Notes: generated by a model from the sequence alone, not told the origin. Positions 1 to 10,702 are shown, counted from the first letter of the stretch. The stretch is DNA of 64,000 nt from an uncultured Flavobacterium sp. (GCA_964559365.1 CAZLGK010000002.1:238-64237); one strand, 5' to 3'. Translations and numbers: made by a program.

Positions 1-550
1 CACTAACAAGTATCTTTTTTATAGTTTTAAATAAAATTATAATATCTAATTTAAAAGATAAATTCTCAACATAATATACATCTAAGTTAAATTTTGTATC
101 CCAATCAATAGCATTTCTTCCATTAACTTGTGCCCAACCAGTTATTCCTGGTTTAACTTCATGTCTTCTGTTCTGGTATGGAGAATATAAAAACATATAT
201 TGTGTCAATAAAGGTCTTGGACCTATTAAACTCATATCTCCTTTAATGACATTTACTAATTGAGGTATTTCGTCAAGTGATGTTTTTCGAACAAAAGTTC
301 CTACTTTAGTTAACCGTTCTGCATCAGAAAGTAATTTTCCATTTTCATCCTTTTTATCGTTCATGGTTTTAAACTTAATGATGCTAAAAATCTTACCTTT
401 ATATCCTGGCCTTTTTTGTATAAAAAAAGGTTTTCCATCGTTAGCAATAAAAAGCAAAATAGTAACAATACTGATAACTGGAGTCAGAAGTACAAACCCT
501 ATAACAGCAGCAATAAAATCAAAAAATCTTTTTAGAAAGTTTTTATACAT
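1..550 (-). CDS. Initiating undecaprenyl-phosphate sugar transferase (bacterial sugar transferase family), 3' end outside window
   Basis: Not in ORF track. Manual translation from ATG 550: MYKNFLKRFFDF...KFKTM...RKTSLDEIPQLVNVIKGDMSLIGPRP...RHEVKPGITGWAQVNGRN. TAATG overlap with the upstream GT stop. Confidence 0.93.
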   Translation of the reverse strand, partial: MYKNFLKRFFDFIAAVIGFVLLTPVISIVTILLFIANDGKPFFIQKRPGYKGKIFSIIKFKTMNDKKDENGKLLSDAERLTKVGTFVRKTSLDEIPQLVNVIKGDMSLIGPRPLLTQYMFLYSPYQNRRHEVKPGITGWAQVNGRNAIDWDTKFNLDVYYVENLSFKLDIIILFKTIKKILVS

Positions 551-1671
551 TACGACAATATTTTTTTATAAAACTCTAACCATTGTCTAGAAATATCATT
601 CGCTGAAAAATTTTGAATTACATATTTTCTACCTTGTTTACCTAATTCAATTCTTTCATTTTTATCTAAAAACAAACGTTCCATTTGTTTATAAATAGAA
701 TTTACATCTTTTACTTTATGTCGTAATCCCGTTTGCTCTTCAACTATAGTTTCTGCCAAGCCATAGGTATCGCTACAAATAACAGGTAATTCTAATAAAG
801 ATGCCTCAATAACACTTGTTCCAAATCCTTCTCTATAACTCGGTAAACAAAAAACATCTGCAGCCTGCAAGACTTCTTCTGGTTTTTTGGTAGGTCCAAA
901 AAATAAAAAGTTAGATTTTAAAATTGATTGAATTTGAACTTCCATATGTTCTTCATCAAAACCTATTAAAAACAAATAGGTGTTAGGATATTTTTTATTT
1001 AATTTCTGAAAAGCGCATGCTAAATCTAGCACTCCTTTATCGGTATTCATTCTTCCTAAAAAAGCAAAAACAACATCATTGTCTCCATAACCTAACTGTT
1101 CTCTGTAGTCATTTCGAATAGTAATTTTTGGATTAAAACGATTCACATCTACTCCACTAATTGAACCTTTTCCTAATACTTTAGAATTAGATTTATTAAT
1201 AATTTTATTTTCAATTAAAAAACTTCTTTGAGACCGACCGTCAACAAGTATGTGAGTAGCAAAATTAACAATAATTTTATCTAAGAATTTTAAAAATCGT
1301 TTTTTTAATCCCGTTTGTGTGTACCAAACTTGTCCTGTAAAAATATGTACTCTAACAGGTATTCTAGACAACCAAGCCGAAAGTATTCCTATTAAACCTG
1401 CCTTAGGGGTAACAGTATGTACGGCATTAAACCTTTCTTGTTTTAAGTAAATACTTAATTTGATTAAGGCCATTACATCTGAAAAAATAGCGATGTTTCT
1501 ATTTATTTTAATGTCTTTTTTATGTGTTACAAAAGGAATTTTATCCTGAATTTTTCCGTCATAATTAGCAACCAAAGTAATTTCAAATTCTCTTGAAAGG
1601 TATTCAAAATGCTTCAACAAAAATGCATTTGCTGTTAATGGAGTAGAAACTATGAAGCAGATTTTTTTCAT
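550..1671 (-). CDS. Glycosyltransferase family 4
   Basis: HTVTPKAG, FLGRMNTDKG and PSYREGFGTSVIEA GT-B motifs. Confidence 0.92.
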   Translation of the reverse strand: MKKICFIVSTPLTANAFLLKHFEYLSREFEITLVANYDGKIQDKIPFVTHKKDIKINRNIAIFSDVMALIKLSIYLKQERFNAVHTVTPKAGLIGILSAWLSRIPVRVHIFTGQVWYTQTGLKKRFLKFLDKIIVNFATHILVDGRSQRSFLIENKIINKSNSKVLGKGSISGVDVNRFNPKITIRNDYREQLGYGDNDVVFAFLGRMNTDKGVLDLACAFQKLNKKYPNTYLFLIGFDEEHMEVQIQSILKSNFLFFGPTKKPEEVLQAADVFCLPSYREGFGTSVIEASLLELPVICSDTYGLAETIVEEQTGLRHKVKDVNSIYKQMERLFLDKNERIELGKQGRKYVIQNFSANDISRQWLEFYKKILS

Positions 1672-1679
1672 TAAAATTT

Positions 1680-2534
1680 TTAAAATTTACCTTTAAAGTC
1701 TTCATATTTCTTGCAATCATGAAGACTTGGTTTTTTTCCTATTTTGGACAAATATAGTTTTTCAACCCCAAAAATACTTAAAATAAAAACAATAGAAATT
1801 TTCAAAACAGATGTTAAAACATATTTAATTTTTTGAAACGCATTAACCTCTAACCTATTAAACGATTTTATGTTATAGCTGTTCGATTTAAAATATTTAT
1901 CAAATGAAAAAGAGTTATCTCTTTTATATCCATAATGAATTCTAGGTGTAAAGGCATATTTTTTCTTAATAAGAATCCTTCTTAAAAAATCTAAATCTTC
2001 AGAAAACCTGAAAGTTATATCATAATTTATTCCTTCAATATCTTGAATACGAATAATAGAAGAAGCATGAGGCAATTGAATGAAATTTACAAAAGAATCA
2101 AAATAAAAAGTAATTTCATTTTCAAAAGGGCGAATTACACTGTATATATTATTGTTTTTATCTGATAATGACATTGCTGATGAAAGCAAGGTAATATCTG
2201 TGTGTGTTTCCATATAATTAAACTGAAAATCAAGTTTGTCGGGGTAATAAAAATCATCCGCATCAAGCATACACATATATGGTATTTTCAAACTTCTAAC
2301 CTTATCTAATGCTGCTTGACGAGCAGATCCTCTGCCCATATTTTTTGAGAAATTAACAACTAAATATTTATCTACATCTAAAGTTGAGATTATTTCTTCT
2401 GTATTATCGGTAGAGCCATCATTTACGATTATACAAAACCAATCTTTAAAAGTTTGATTTTCTAAAGACTTTAGGGTATTTTTAATACTGTTTTGAGCAT
2501 TAAATACAGGTATTACTACAGCTATATTATACAT
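1680..2534 (-). CDS. Glycosyltransferase family 2
   Basis: VVIPVFN, VNDGSTD, LDADD, SEDLDF. Confidence 0.92.
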   Translation of the reverse strand: MYNIAVVIPVFNAQNSIKNTLKSLENQTFKDWFCIIVNDGSTDNTEEIISTLDVDKYLVVNFSKNMGRGSARQAALDKVRSLKIPYMCMLDADDFYYPDKLDFQFNYMETHTDITLLSSAMSLSDKNNNIYSVIRPFENEITFYFDSFVNFIQLPHASSIIRIQDIEGINYDITFRFSEDLDFLRRILIKKKYAFTPRIHYGYKRDNSFSFDKYFKSNSYNIKSFNRLEVNAFQKIKYVLTSVLKISIVFILSIFGVEKLYLSKIGKKPSLHDCKKYEDFKGKF

Positions 2535-2535
2535 C

Positions 2536-3636
2536 TTACTTTTTAAAATAAATTAATAATGTAAAAGCCAAGCTTCCAACCGAAATCATTGCTAACAAAA
2601 GACTATTATTTTTCATTAATTTTTTATCAACTAAAATAGGATAGATCAACACTAAAGGCATTAAAAACCAAGAAAGATATGCAGTTCTATTTGTAAAAGC
2701 TAAATAAATTAAAAAAACCCAAACTGTATTTGCTATGAGATATAAATTTAAAATTACATCATATGTAATAGATCTAAACATTAGTTTATATTTATAAAAA
2801 TAACCTAAAGCTATTGGAATTCCACTGTAGATTATAAAATCTAACCTGAAGCGTTTATCTGCCATTTGCCCATCAATTTCGTCTGAAAAATAAGTATCTA
2901 AGCGCCTATCATCTGTAATTCCAGAATTTATAAAAAAATCTCCTAGTAGCATTTCTATTTGACTTCCAAAAAGAAAACTTAAAAATACTGCACCAATCCA
3001 TACCAAAATAAGAAGTTTAGAATTTGTAATCTTATATGTTAAAAGATAAGCTATAAAAGGCAAAACTAATGAAGAGTGAAATGTTAATGAAAGAATCATT
3101 AAACCAACACTGATTATGAAGTTCTTTTGAAAACCTAATGCAAAAATAAAGAGAGAAGTTGCGACTCCATTTCTAATACCATTTATTCCAAAACCCCAAA
3201 ATGACATTGAGGTTACAAATAACACTAAACCGAAAAACGCATATTCTTTAAACCATCTGTTAAAGGTGAAATAAACAGGTAAAACATATAAAAAAGCACA
3301 TAAAATATAAAAACCTTGAATACTCATAAAAGACTTACTTGTTACCATTAAAAAGTAAAATCCGATATCTTTTTTTTCTCCATAAGTTGCATTTTCTATT
3401 TGATTATATGTTTTCGTATACTGAATTGTATCCCCAAAATATTTAGAACTTGCATAAGGATCTCTTAAACCAATAAAAAGTATTGCTGTTATTAAAATTA
3501 ATACTGAACCAAGATATAAATTAATTTTAGGGAAATCCTCTATGTTTTTTTTAAAAAATAAAGGTAAGATTGTTAGTATTATCAAAATAGATAATATTAA
3601 GTAAAAAGTACCTGTATATAACTCTACTGGAATCAA
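2536..3636 (-). CDS. wzy: EpsG-family Wzy polysaccharide polymerase
   Basis: Multi-TM protein with GLR..GDT..Y, NGIRNG and FHSS motifs; TTG start overlapping the upstream TGA. Confidence 0.8.
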   Translation of the reverse strand: MIPVELYTGTFYLILSILIILTILPLFFKKNIEDFPKINLYLGSVLILITAILFIGLRDPYASSKYFGDTIQYTKTYNQIENATYGEKKDIGFYFLMVTSKSFMSIQGFYILCAFLYVLPVYFTFNRWFKEYAFFGLVLFVTSMSFWGFGINGIRNGVATSLFIFALGFQKNFIISVGLMILSLTFHSSLVLPFIAYLLTYKITNSKLLILVWIGAVFLSFLFGSQIEMLLGDFFINSGITDDRRLDTYFSDEIDGQMADKRFRLDFIIYSGIPIALGYFYKYKLMFRSITYDVILNLYLIANTVWVFLIYLAFTNRTAYLSWFLMPLVLIYPILVDKKLMKNNSLLLAMISVGSLAFTLLIYFKK

Positions 3637-4748
3637 ATTTGAAGTAATTTATTTAATGATTTGTTATAATTTGCCCATGTACAACTTTCAATTACCCTTT
3701 TTCTTGCCAAAAGAGATTGTTTTTTAATAATACCTCTATCGTTAAAACAATCTTTCAACAGCGCTTGAAGTTGTTCAATATTATCTTGATCAACCAACCA
3801 GCCTCCATTATTGTGTCTTATTGCAGAGGTTATTCCACCAGTATTTGTTCCAATAACTGGTACACCACAAGATTGAGCTTCTAAAAACACTAACCCAAAT
3901 CCTTCTACTTCTATAGATTTTGTAGATGCCCTTGTGCAAAGTACAAATATATCATTTGATTTATAAAAATCAGGTAATTGATTTTCAGGGAGATAACCAT
4001 AAAAATTAACATTATCTTCAATTTCTAATTCTTTAACTAATTCTTTAAGTTCATTTAAATATGGGCCAATTCCTCCAATATTCCAAATAACCTTTCTTTT
4101 TATTTCATTTGGTAAAGATGCAATTGTATTTGCAATAAAATCATATCCTTTAAATTTTAGAATACGAGATAAAGTACCTATTCTTATATAATTTAAATCT
4201 GTTTTTTTATCAGTATCAGGTCTAAAAAAGACCTCATCAACACCTAAAGGCAAAGCTACAGACTTAGCTTTGGGATTAATTTGATGTATTAAACCTTTTG
4301 TATATGCACTATTTGCAATATTTAGCTTAACTTTTCCTAAGATCCATTTTGCATATATTGATAACCAAAAATATTTTCTAAAAGTGCTTTTACCAGCTAA
4401 AAACTCTGTCCCATGTCCTAAAATATAAACATTTTTAAACCCTGCTAAATATGCTATTGAAGCTTCCGGATGCCAAACTCCACAGAGAATTTGATATTCG
4501 TGTTTATTTTTGAGCTTTCGTAAAAAATTATAAGCATTTATTTCACATTTAACTCTTTGCTCAGTAAGTTCAATTATTCTTATATTTTTAACTTCATTTA
4601 TTCTGTTTTTTTCTTGAACTGTCCTTGTTAGTACAATAACTTCTTCAAAATACAACTGCATACCTATGGCAATTTCGTGACATAATCTAGCAATACCACC
4701 ATTTGATGGTGGAAAATCATATGAAAATAAGATAAGTTTTTTACTCAT
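3633..4748 (-). CDS. Glycosyltransferase family 4
   Basis: DFPPSNGGIA and EGFGLVFLEAQSCGVPVIG. Confidence 0.92.
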   Translation of the reverse strand: MSKKLILFSYDFPPSNGGIARLCHEIAIGMQLYFEEVIVLTRTVQEKNRINEVKNIRIIELTEQRVKCEINAYNFLRKLKNKHEYQILCGVWHPEASIAYLAGFKNVYILGHGTEFLAGKSTFRKYFWLSIYAKWILGKVKLNIANSAYTKGLIHQINPKAKSVALPLGVDEVFFRPDTDKKTDLNYIRIGTLSRILKFKGYDFIANTIASLPNEIKRKVIWNIGGIGPYLNELKELVKELEIEDNVNFYGYLPENQLPDFYKSNDIFVLCTRASTKSIEVEGFGLVFLEAQSCGVPVIGTNTGGITSAIRHNNGGWLVDQDNIEQLQALLKDCFNDRGIIKKQSLLARKRVIESCTWANYNKSLNKLLQI

Positions 4749-4751
4749 ATT

Positions 4752-5693
4752 TTAATTTCCTTCTAAAATAGGAAGGTATTTTTTTATAAAAACAACTGGA
4801 AAATATAAAATAACACACAAAAACAAAGAAACAATAAATCCATTATCTATACTAATTTTTAAACAAATCCATTGAGCCAAAAACAAAAACTTTAGATGTA
4901 AACACATAATTAACAATGAGTTAATACCAAGCCATTCGGTAATTTTTTCTTTATAAACAATACAACTTAGTATTAACAAAGCAAAAATCAAGAGAAATGA
5001 GGACAAATAAAACACAAATGGATTACCAATTATATTTACTCTTAAATCGGGTGTTAACTTATTTAAGTTCATAAAAATTAATCCCATAATAAGAAAAGGA
5101 ATAAAATACCAGTTTCTAATTTTATTTTTAAATGTTAAATAGTGCTTTTTTAAAATAATACCTACTACAAAAAAAGGGAAAAATAAAAAGACAGAAATGA
5201 TATGAAATGGGAAAATTTTCGTTACATCATTGGCAAAATAAACGCCTATACAAAAAAGAAAAATTATTAAAAATTTCAACCGATATTTATCCAAAAAAAG
5301 ATAAATAAAATTAAGAATGAATAAAGCAGGTAAGAACCACAAAACTGTATTCCAACTTAAATAAAAGTCATTTGAAATTCCTAACAAAGTTCCTTTTATA
5401 AAGTCAAAAAAACTAAATTTTGAATTTTTGTAATTAAGTAAATAATACATAAAAAAAGAAATAAAACTAAATAGAAAATAAGGAACTAAAATTCTTTTCC
5501 CTTTTTTAATAAGAAAGTCTTTAAAAGTTGCCTTCTTATAGAAAAATCCAGAAACGAAAATAAACAAAGGCATATGAAAACTAAATATAAAATGAATTAC
5601 AGATTGGCTTATAAATCCAACGTGGCCTAGTATCACTAAATAAATACCAATGCCTTTAAGTATATTAAATTCTTTAAAAATTACTTTTTCCAT
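4752..5693 (-). CDS. Membrane acyltransferase (Acyl_transf_3), probable polysaccharide O-acetyltransferase
   Basis: KGIGIYLVILGH, FHMPLFIFVSGF, LWFLPALF, LGINSL; about 10 TM segments. Confidence 0.88.
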   Translation of the reverse strand: MEKVIFKEFNILKGIGIYLVILGHVGFISQSVIHFIFSFHMPLFIFVSGFFYKKATFKDFLIKKGKRILVPYFLFSFISFFMYYLLNYKNSKFSFFDFIKGTLLGISNDFYLSWNTVLWFLPALFILNFIYLFLDKYRLKFLIIFLFCIGVYFANDVTKIFPFHIISVFLFFPFFVVGIILKKHYLTFKNKIRNWYFIPFLIMGLIFMNLNKLTPDLRVNIIGNPFVFYLSSFLLIFALLILSCIVYKEKITEWLGINSLLIMCLHLKFLFLAQWICLKISIDNGFIVSLFLCVILYFPVVFIKKYLPILEGN

Positions 5694-5726
5694 AATTGAT
5701 ACTTTAGTTCCATTTTAAATATTTAA

Positions 5727-6722
5727 TTACTTTTCAAAATGAGGTGCAATGATATATTTTGCAATAAGTCTTGGAACATATAAATTGTTTTGAAATAAAA
5801 AATAGTCGAATATTTTTCTACCAAAAGAACTTCTTTCATTAGAAATTCTTTTATAAATAATCCAATCTTCAGTGTTCATTTTTGTTAGGTAAAAGTTTTC
5901 TTTTCCTCTACTTTTAACAAAAACAGCATTCATAAACATATGCAAATAAATTTTAAAATTAGTATATATCACATTATACTTTTTATCATTATAATTTATA
6001 CTAAAATTATCTTTAATTATATTTTTAAAATATATATAAGGTTTCCAATAATCTTCAGGTTTCAATAATTTATTGGTTAAAGATCCTGAGTTAATATAAT
6101 ATTTATAATTTATGGTACTCGAAAAAACCACCATACCTTTACATAATAATAAATACTCTAGAATAAAAATTTTGTCTTCATTATAACAGAAGTCCTCATT
6201 AAATTTTAGATTATTATTTTTTATAATTCTAGTGTTAAATAATTTTGAAACAGGGTTTCCATTAAGTGTTATTTCAAAATCAACAAACATTTTTTGATAA
6301 TTATTTGCCTTAACAATATCTTGTTTGATATTCGTAGACGAAACCTCAACTCCTTCTTTAAATCGCTTAACTCCTTGAAAAACCAGACTGGTATTTTTAG
6401 ACTTATGAAAATCGTCGATTAAATTTTGTAAATAATTCTCTAAAACTTCATCATCAGAATCCACAAAACATATAAAAATCCCTGAAGCTTTTTCTATACC
6501 TAAATTCCTAGCTTTACTTACTCCTTCATTATCTTTATGAATAGTTATAAATCTGTTATCTAATTTTGTAAAATGTTCGCAAATTAAACCTGAACCATCT
6601 GTCGAACCATCATTTATTAACAGAACTTCAAAGTCAATATATGTTTGACATACTAATGAATGTAAGCATCTTTTTAATTTAGTATCTGCGTTAAAAACGG
6701 GTATGATAACAGAAATTTTCAT
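5727..6722 (-). CDS. Glycosyltransferase family 2
   Basis: ISVIIPVFN, INDGSTDGS, GVSKARNLG, FVDSDD, ED. Confidence 0.92.
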   Translation of the reverse strand: MKISVIIPVFNADTKLKRCLHSLVCQTYIDFEVLLINDGSTDGSGLICEHFTKLDNRFITIHKDNEGVSKARNLGIEKASGIFICFVDSDDEVLENYLQNLIDDFHKSKNTSLVFQGVKRFKEGVEVSSTNIKQDIVKANNYQKMFVDFEITLNGNPVSKLFNTRIIKNNNLKFNEDFCYNEDKIFILEYLLLCKGMVVFSSTINYKYYINSGSLTNKLLKPEDYWKPYIYFKNIIKDNFSINYNDKKYNVIYTNFKIYLHMFMNAVFVKSRGKENFYLTKMNTEDWIIYKRISNERSSFGRKIFDYFLFQNNLYVPRLIAKYIIAPHFEK

Positions 6723-6725
6723 GAA

Positions 6726-7865
6726 CTATTTTTTTTCAATACTATTCGATAAAAAATCTAAAGAAATTTCTCTTAACGATTCTACCATTTTATTTACATT
6801 TTCGAAATCAATTTTTTTACTTAAAACATCTTTTGAAAACTCATTGTAATCAGTAATCAACCGCTCTTCTAACCCTAATTGACTTAATAAAGAATGAAAT
6901 CGAGAGGCGCCCCTTTCTTCATTTAATAAAACCAAAAATGGCTTGTTAAATATAATAGAAAAGACTGTTCCATGAAAAGAATCTGTTACCACAAAATCAG
7001 CATCATGAAAAGATTTTAACCAACTTTCTATTTTTGGATATACATAATCACCTAAATTTTGAGAGAGATCCGTAAAAAATTCTTTTTGAGGTTGGTTTGT
7101 AAAACACCTCAATTTATAAAATGATTCGACTTCATGTATTACATTTTGCTTTTGACTATTTTTATCTAAAATATATGTAAAAATCCCTTTATTATTATGT
7201 AGGTTTTCATTTTTAAAAAGATCAATATAGTCTTCTTTATGTAAAAGCATAGTTGGATCTAAAACTTGAATTACTTCTTTGTTTAAAAAAGTATTACACA
7301 ATTTTATTCCAGAAGTTTCTCGAACAGAAACTTTTGAAAATTTTTGAATTAATTCTTTAGAACGTTCTGTTTGTACTGAGTTAAATTCCCATTCATTCGT
7401 TCCAAAAGATGAGGCATAAGCTATTTTATTAATTGAATCATTATCTTCTAAAAAGTCTAAAAAATAATTATAAATATCAGCCGACATCTTTGGTCTCCAA
7501 GTTTGATCACTGCCTACAATTACAGTTTCGTAATTAGTATTTTCAAAATGTTTTTTTAATAAATGCGTACTATCAATATTTTCAGAAACACTTATATTTT
7601 TATTAATAAACTTTTTAGTATTCTGTGTAATAAAATCCATTTCAGAAGTTGAAAAGATTCTTCTATTAACACCTTTAAACCTATTATAAGTATTGTTTTT
7701 TATACTACTTAATAATTTCCTCCATTTGGGTTGTGAATTAGCTACTCTATTTACTGTTGTAGGATGGTAACCTTTTTTTTTAAGTATAATTTGTAAAGCA
7801 TAATTTTGCAATATGCCACCATAGTTTGCTATTAAAGGTTGTGTTAATATTGCTATTTTTTTCAT
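6726..7865 (-). CDS. Polysaccharide pyruvyl transferase family protein
   Basis: NYGGILQ, VGSDQTW, YASSFG, SVRE, DPTMLL, TDSFHG. Confidence 0.9.
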   Translation of the reverse strand: MKKIAILTQPLIANYGGILQNYALQIILKKKGYHPTTVNRVANSQPKWRKLLSSIKNNTYNRFKGVNRRIFSTSEMDFITQNTKKFINKNISVSENIDSTHLLKKHFENTNYETVIVGSDQTWRPKMSADIYNYFLDFLEDNDSINKIAYASSFGTNEWEFNSVQTERSKELIQKFSKVSVRETSGIKLCNTFLNKEVIQVLDPTMLLHKEDYIDLFKNENLHNNKGIFTYILDKNSQKQNVIHEVESFYKLRCFTNQPQKEFFTDLSQNLGDYVYPKIESWLKSFHDADFVVTDSFHGTVFSIIFNKPFLVLLNEERGASRFHSLLSQLGLEERLITDYNEFSKDVLSKKIDFENVNKMVESLREISLDFLSNSIEKK

Positions 7866-7866
7866 T

Positions 7867-9198
7867 TTATCTTTTTAAAATTATACCTTGTATCTTCTTT
7901 AGCCTATGACTAAAAAGAGTTAATCTTGACAGTCTTTCTCTGGATACTTCCATCTCATTTTCAAACTGATTAGCATTTTGATTTTTATTCCAAATCAAAT
8001 GACTAAGTGCTCTAACCTTCATTCTTTGTTTTTGAACAATCTTAAGGTAAAATGGAATTTCTTCAAAAAACCTATTCCTTTTATAAGGTATAATTTTACC
8101 TTGCCTTTCATTAATTTGTATTCTATATTTTAATCCTTTATGTCTATGATTAAAACTACCTTGTTGAGACTCTTTAAATTTTTCTAACGAAAGTTTTTCA
8201 ACAAATAATTTTCCGCTTTTTATTCCATTCTGGATAATCTTATCTGCTGTTAAAGAGCGTGTAACAATAACACTGTTACCTAAACCTTCCATTACATATG
8301 GCTGCAACCATGCATCACCTAATGAAATATCAGCCAGTTCAGTGGTAACATCATCACAGAAATCACAAGCATTAGATTTAAACAAACCAGAACCCCACAT
8401 ATCGCCTAAACTATTCATTTTAACTTGAAAATACTCATTTTGTGAATTAAAAGCCCCAAAAGAATAATCTGTTGCATTTGATGCTGGATCTTTAATCCTG
8501 TAATCCTGGTGATAATATTTTTCTTCGATTCCGGCTTTTTGAGCTAAAAAATCAGAATAATGTTTACTTTTTAAACCTCCACAAATAATCCCAACTAAAA
8601 AAGGAATCCTCTCTTTTAATTCAGGATTGTAATATTGTTTTAATCGTATAGCTTTAATAAAACAAGCTACTCCAGAAACAGCTACTTTCCCTTCAATTTT
8701 ATCTAATATAGAAAATAGTTCTGATAACGTTACTGGTGTATATCTTGTTTTTGAGACTTTACGTATATCATGAGCTGAATCAAAAAGCTGATATTGATAC
8801 TGATTATTCACTTCTGTAACTACAAATAAATAATCAACAATATGATCCAATAATAATTGTTCAAAAACATAAGTAGCTAGCCCACCAGATGATGATGTTA
8901 ATCTATATTGCGAGGCATATCCAACATATAAAGAATTATACTTACCTATTTCTAAATCTTTATGAGTTGTACTTTCTAAAAAAATATCTGCAATTTTATC
9001 TTCATCTTTAACCTCTTCTTCTGGGGAAGGATTAAATGGGCATAAATGTATAGCATTAGTCGATAAAGATAAATTATCATCGGGTACTAAAAAACCGTGT
9101 GTATCAAAAACCATACTTGAAGATGTAGATTTTGAGACACAAACTCCACAGCCTGTGCATAAATCGTTTTTTACTATGTCTTTAATCGATACTTTCAA
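7867..9198 (-). CDS. FrhB/FdhB-like (F420-hydrogenase beta subunit domain) Fe-S protein
   Basis: N-terminal CTGCGVC...CP, SSSGG, ACF, ICGG, CDFC, ADISLGDAW; TTG start. Confidence 0.87.
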   Translation of the reverse strand: MKVSIKDIVKNDLCTGCGVCVSKSTSSSMVFDTHGFLVPDDNLSLSTNAIHLCPFNPSPEEEVKDEDKIADIFLESTTHKDLEIGKYNSLYVGYASQYRLTSSSGGLATYVFEQLLLDHIVDYLFVVTEVNNQYQYQLFDSAHDIRKVSKTRYTPVTLSELFSILDKIEGKVAVSGVACFIKAIRLKQYYNPELKERIPFLVGIICGGLKSKHYSDFLAQKAGIEEKYYHQDYRIKDPASNATDYSFGAFNSQNEYFQVKMNSLGDMWGSGLFKSNACDFCDDVTTELADISLGDAWLQPYVMEGLGNSVIVTRSLTADKIIQNGIKSGKLFVEKLSLEKFKESQQGSFNHRHKGLKYRIQINERQGKIIPYKRNRFFEEIPFYLKIVQKQRMKVRALSHLIWNKNQNANQFENEMEVSRERLSRLTLFSHRLKKIQGIILKR

Positions 9199-10702
9199 TT
9201 TTCATTATTTTTTTTATAAATTTCTTCTCGTCTTTATCAATTACAAATAAATAAGAAACAATTAAAGTTATAAATACTATAGAAGTTATTTTTAAAAATA
9301 AATCGCTCATTTCATTTTCTAAATGAAAGGAATTCACAAAATAGTAAGAGAAAAGAAAAGGAATTAAAGATAGTAAAACTAATCTAAAAATTATGGTCGT
9401 GAGAAATTCTTTCTTATTAAATTTCATAACCTGACTTAAAAAAAAGATTCTAAAAAAAAGCGAAATAATCGCTATAAAAATACTCACAAACCACACAAAA
9501 TAGGGTGATTGATTTAGTTTTAAAAAAAAATAGCTTAAAGGCAAATTTAAAAAAACTAAAAATCCTACTACAACCTGATATTTTCTAATTTTTCCTGTCG
9601 CTTGAATACCTGTCATTAAAGGCCCCGAAAAGGAATCAATTAAAATATTAATTAAACAAAGGCTAACAAAGATAGATGTATATTTAGGTGGTTGTATTAA
9701 CCATAACTCTAAAACAGCATCAATATTAAACAAAAAAGGAAGAATTAAGACAAGCATTAATAAGTAAGAAAACTTAGCGCTTTTATTAATTAACTTTTGA
9801 GTATGTTCAATATCATTTTGAGCATAACTTTTAATAATTTGTGGATTAATAGCTAATTGAAAATTGCTAACAAAAACCCCAATCGCATTTTGTACTTGCA
9901 AGGTTAATGCATATGCTGCGTTTACAAAAGTTCCAAAAAATAAATTTAAAAGAACGTTTACTCCTTGACCCTTTGCTACAGAAGCAAAATTACCAAACAA
10001 ATTCCATGCAGAATAACTAATTAGTTCATTATAAAGTTTTTTTTCGTAAAAAAAGAAATAGTGGCTTTCCTTAAATTTTGAAACACAGTAAAAGGTGTAT
10101 AAAACAGAAACTAAAGTGGTTACCGTAAAGGTTAAAACAGCGTATAATTGTAACTTATCATATTTGCCTAAATATAATAGAAATACAATTAACAATTTAA
10201 AAACTACTTCAACAATACTGTAAATCGCATAAATTCCCATTTTTTCTTTAGCGATTATTAAAGAGTTATAAGGAACTCTAACCATTCCAACAATAAATGA
10301 TAAAACGGAAAATTGATAAACAAAGTTTAATGCTTCAATCCTATCTAAAGGAATATTCAATTTGTTATTAATAAACCAGAGACCTATAGTCTCTGCAAAT
10401 AATAAAACAATAAGTCCAATTCCTAAATAAATATTTAAAGTTGCACTGAAAACCTTAGCTGTCTTCAAAAAATCGTTCTTCCCAATTTCAAATGAAAGAA
10501 ATCTTTGTGTTGCTGAAGTCATTGCTGCATAAAAAAAACCAAATAAAGCAACAACTCCCCCTACAATATTATAAATACCAAAATCATCAATCCCTAAAAC
10601 ATTTAAGACAATTCTCGAAGTATATAAACTTACAATCATTGTTAAAAACATTCTTATATAAAGAAAAAATGTGTTCTTTGCTATAGTTATTGAACTTGAC
10701 AT
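9182..10702 (-). CDS. wzx: Wzx flippase (MATE-like polysaccharide exporter)
   Basis: IAKNTFFLYIRM...LYTSRIVLNVLGIDDFGIY; more than 12 TM segments. Confidence 0.88.
   Translation of the reverse strand: MSSSITIAKNTFFLYIRMFLTMIVSLYTSRIVLNVLGIDDFGIYNIVGGVVALFGFFYAAMTSATQRFLSFEIGKNDFLKTAKVFSATLNIYLGIGLIVLLFAETIGLWFINNKLNIPLDRIEALNFVYQFSVLSFIVGMVRVPYNSLIIAKEKMGIYAIYSIVEVVFKLLIVFLLYLGKYDKLQLYAVLTFTVTTLVSVLYTFYCVSKFKESHYFFFYEKKLYNELISYSAWNLFGNFASVAKGQGVNVLLNLFFGTFVNAAYALTLQVQNAIGVFVSNFQLAINPQIIKSYAQNDIEHTQKLINKSAKFSYLLMLVLILPFLFNIDAVLELWLIQPPKYTSIFVSLCLINILIDSFSGPLMTGIQATGKIRKYQVVVGFLVFLNLPLSYFFLKLNQSPYFVWFVSIFIAIISLFFRIFFLSQVMKFNKKEFLTTIIFRLVLLSLIPFLFSYYFVNSFHLENEMSDLFLKITSIVFITLIVSYLFVIDKDEKKFIKKIMKIESID

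Noticed and set aside
363-590. 75-aa plus-strand ORF and the other short ORFs overlapping larger genes (e.g. 10492, 13673, 14901, 20324, 27464, 29988, 30816, 35859, 39091, 41649, 43002, 52695, 56852, 58593, 60664, 63197)
   Set aside because: Antisense or out-of-frame shadows of well-supported genes, with no motifs or independent expression signals
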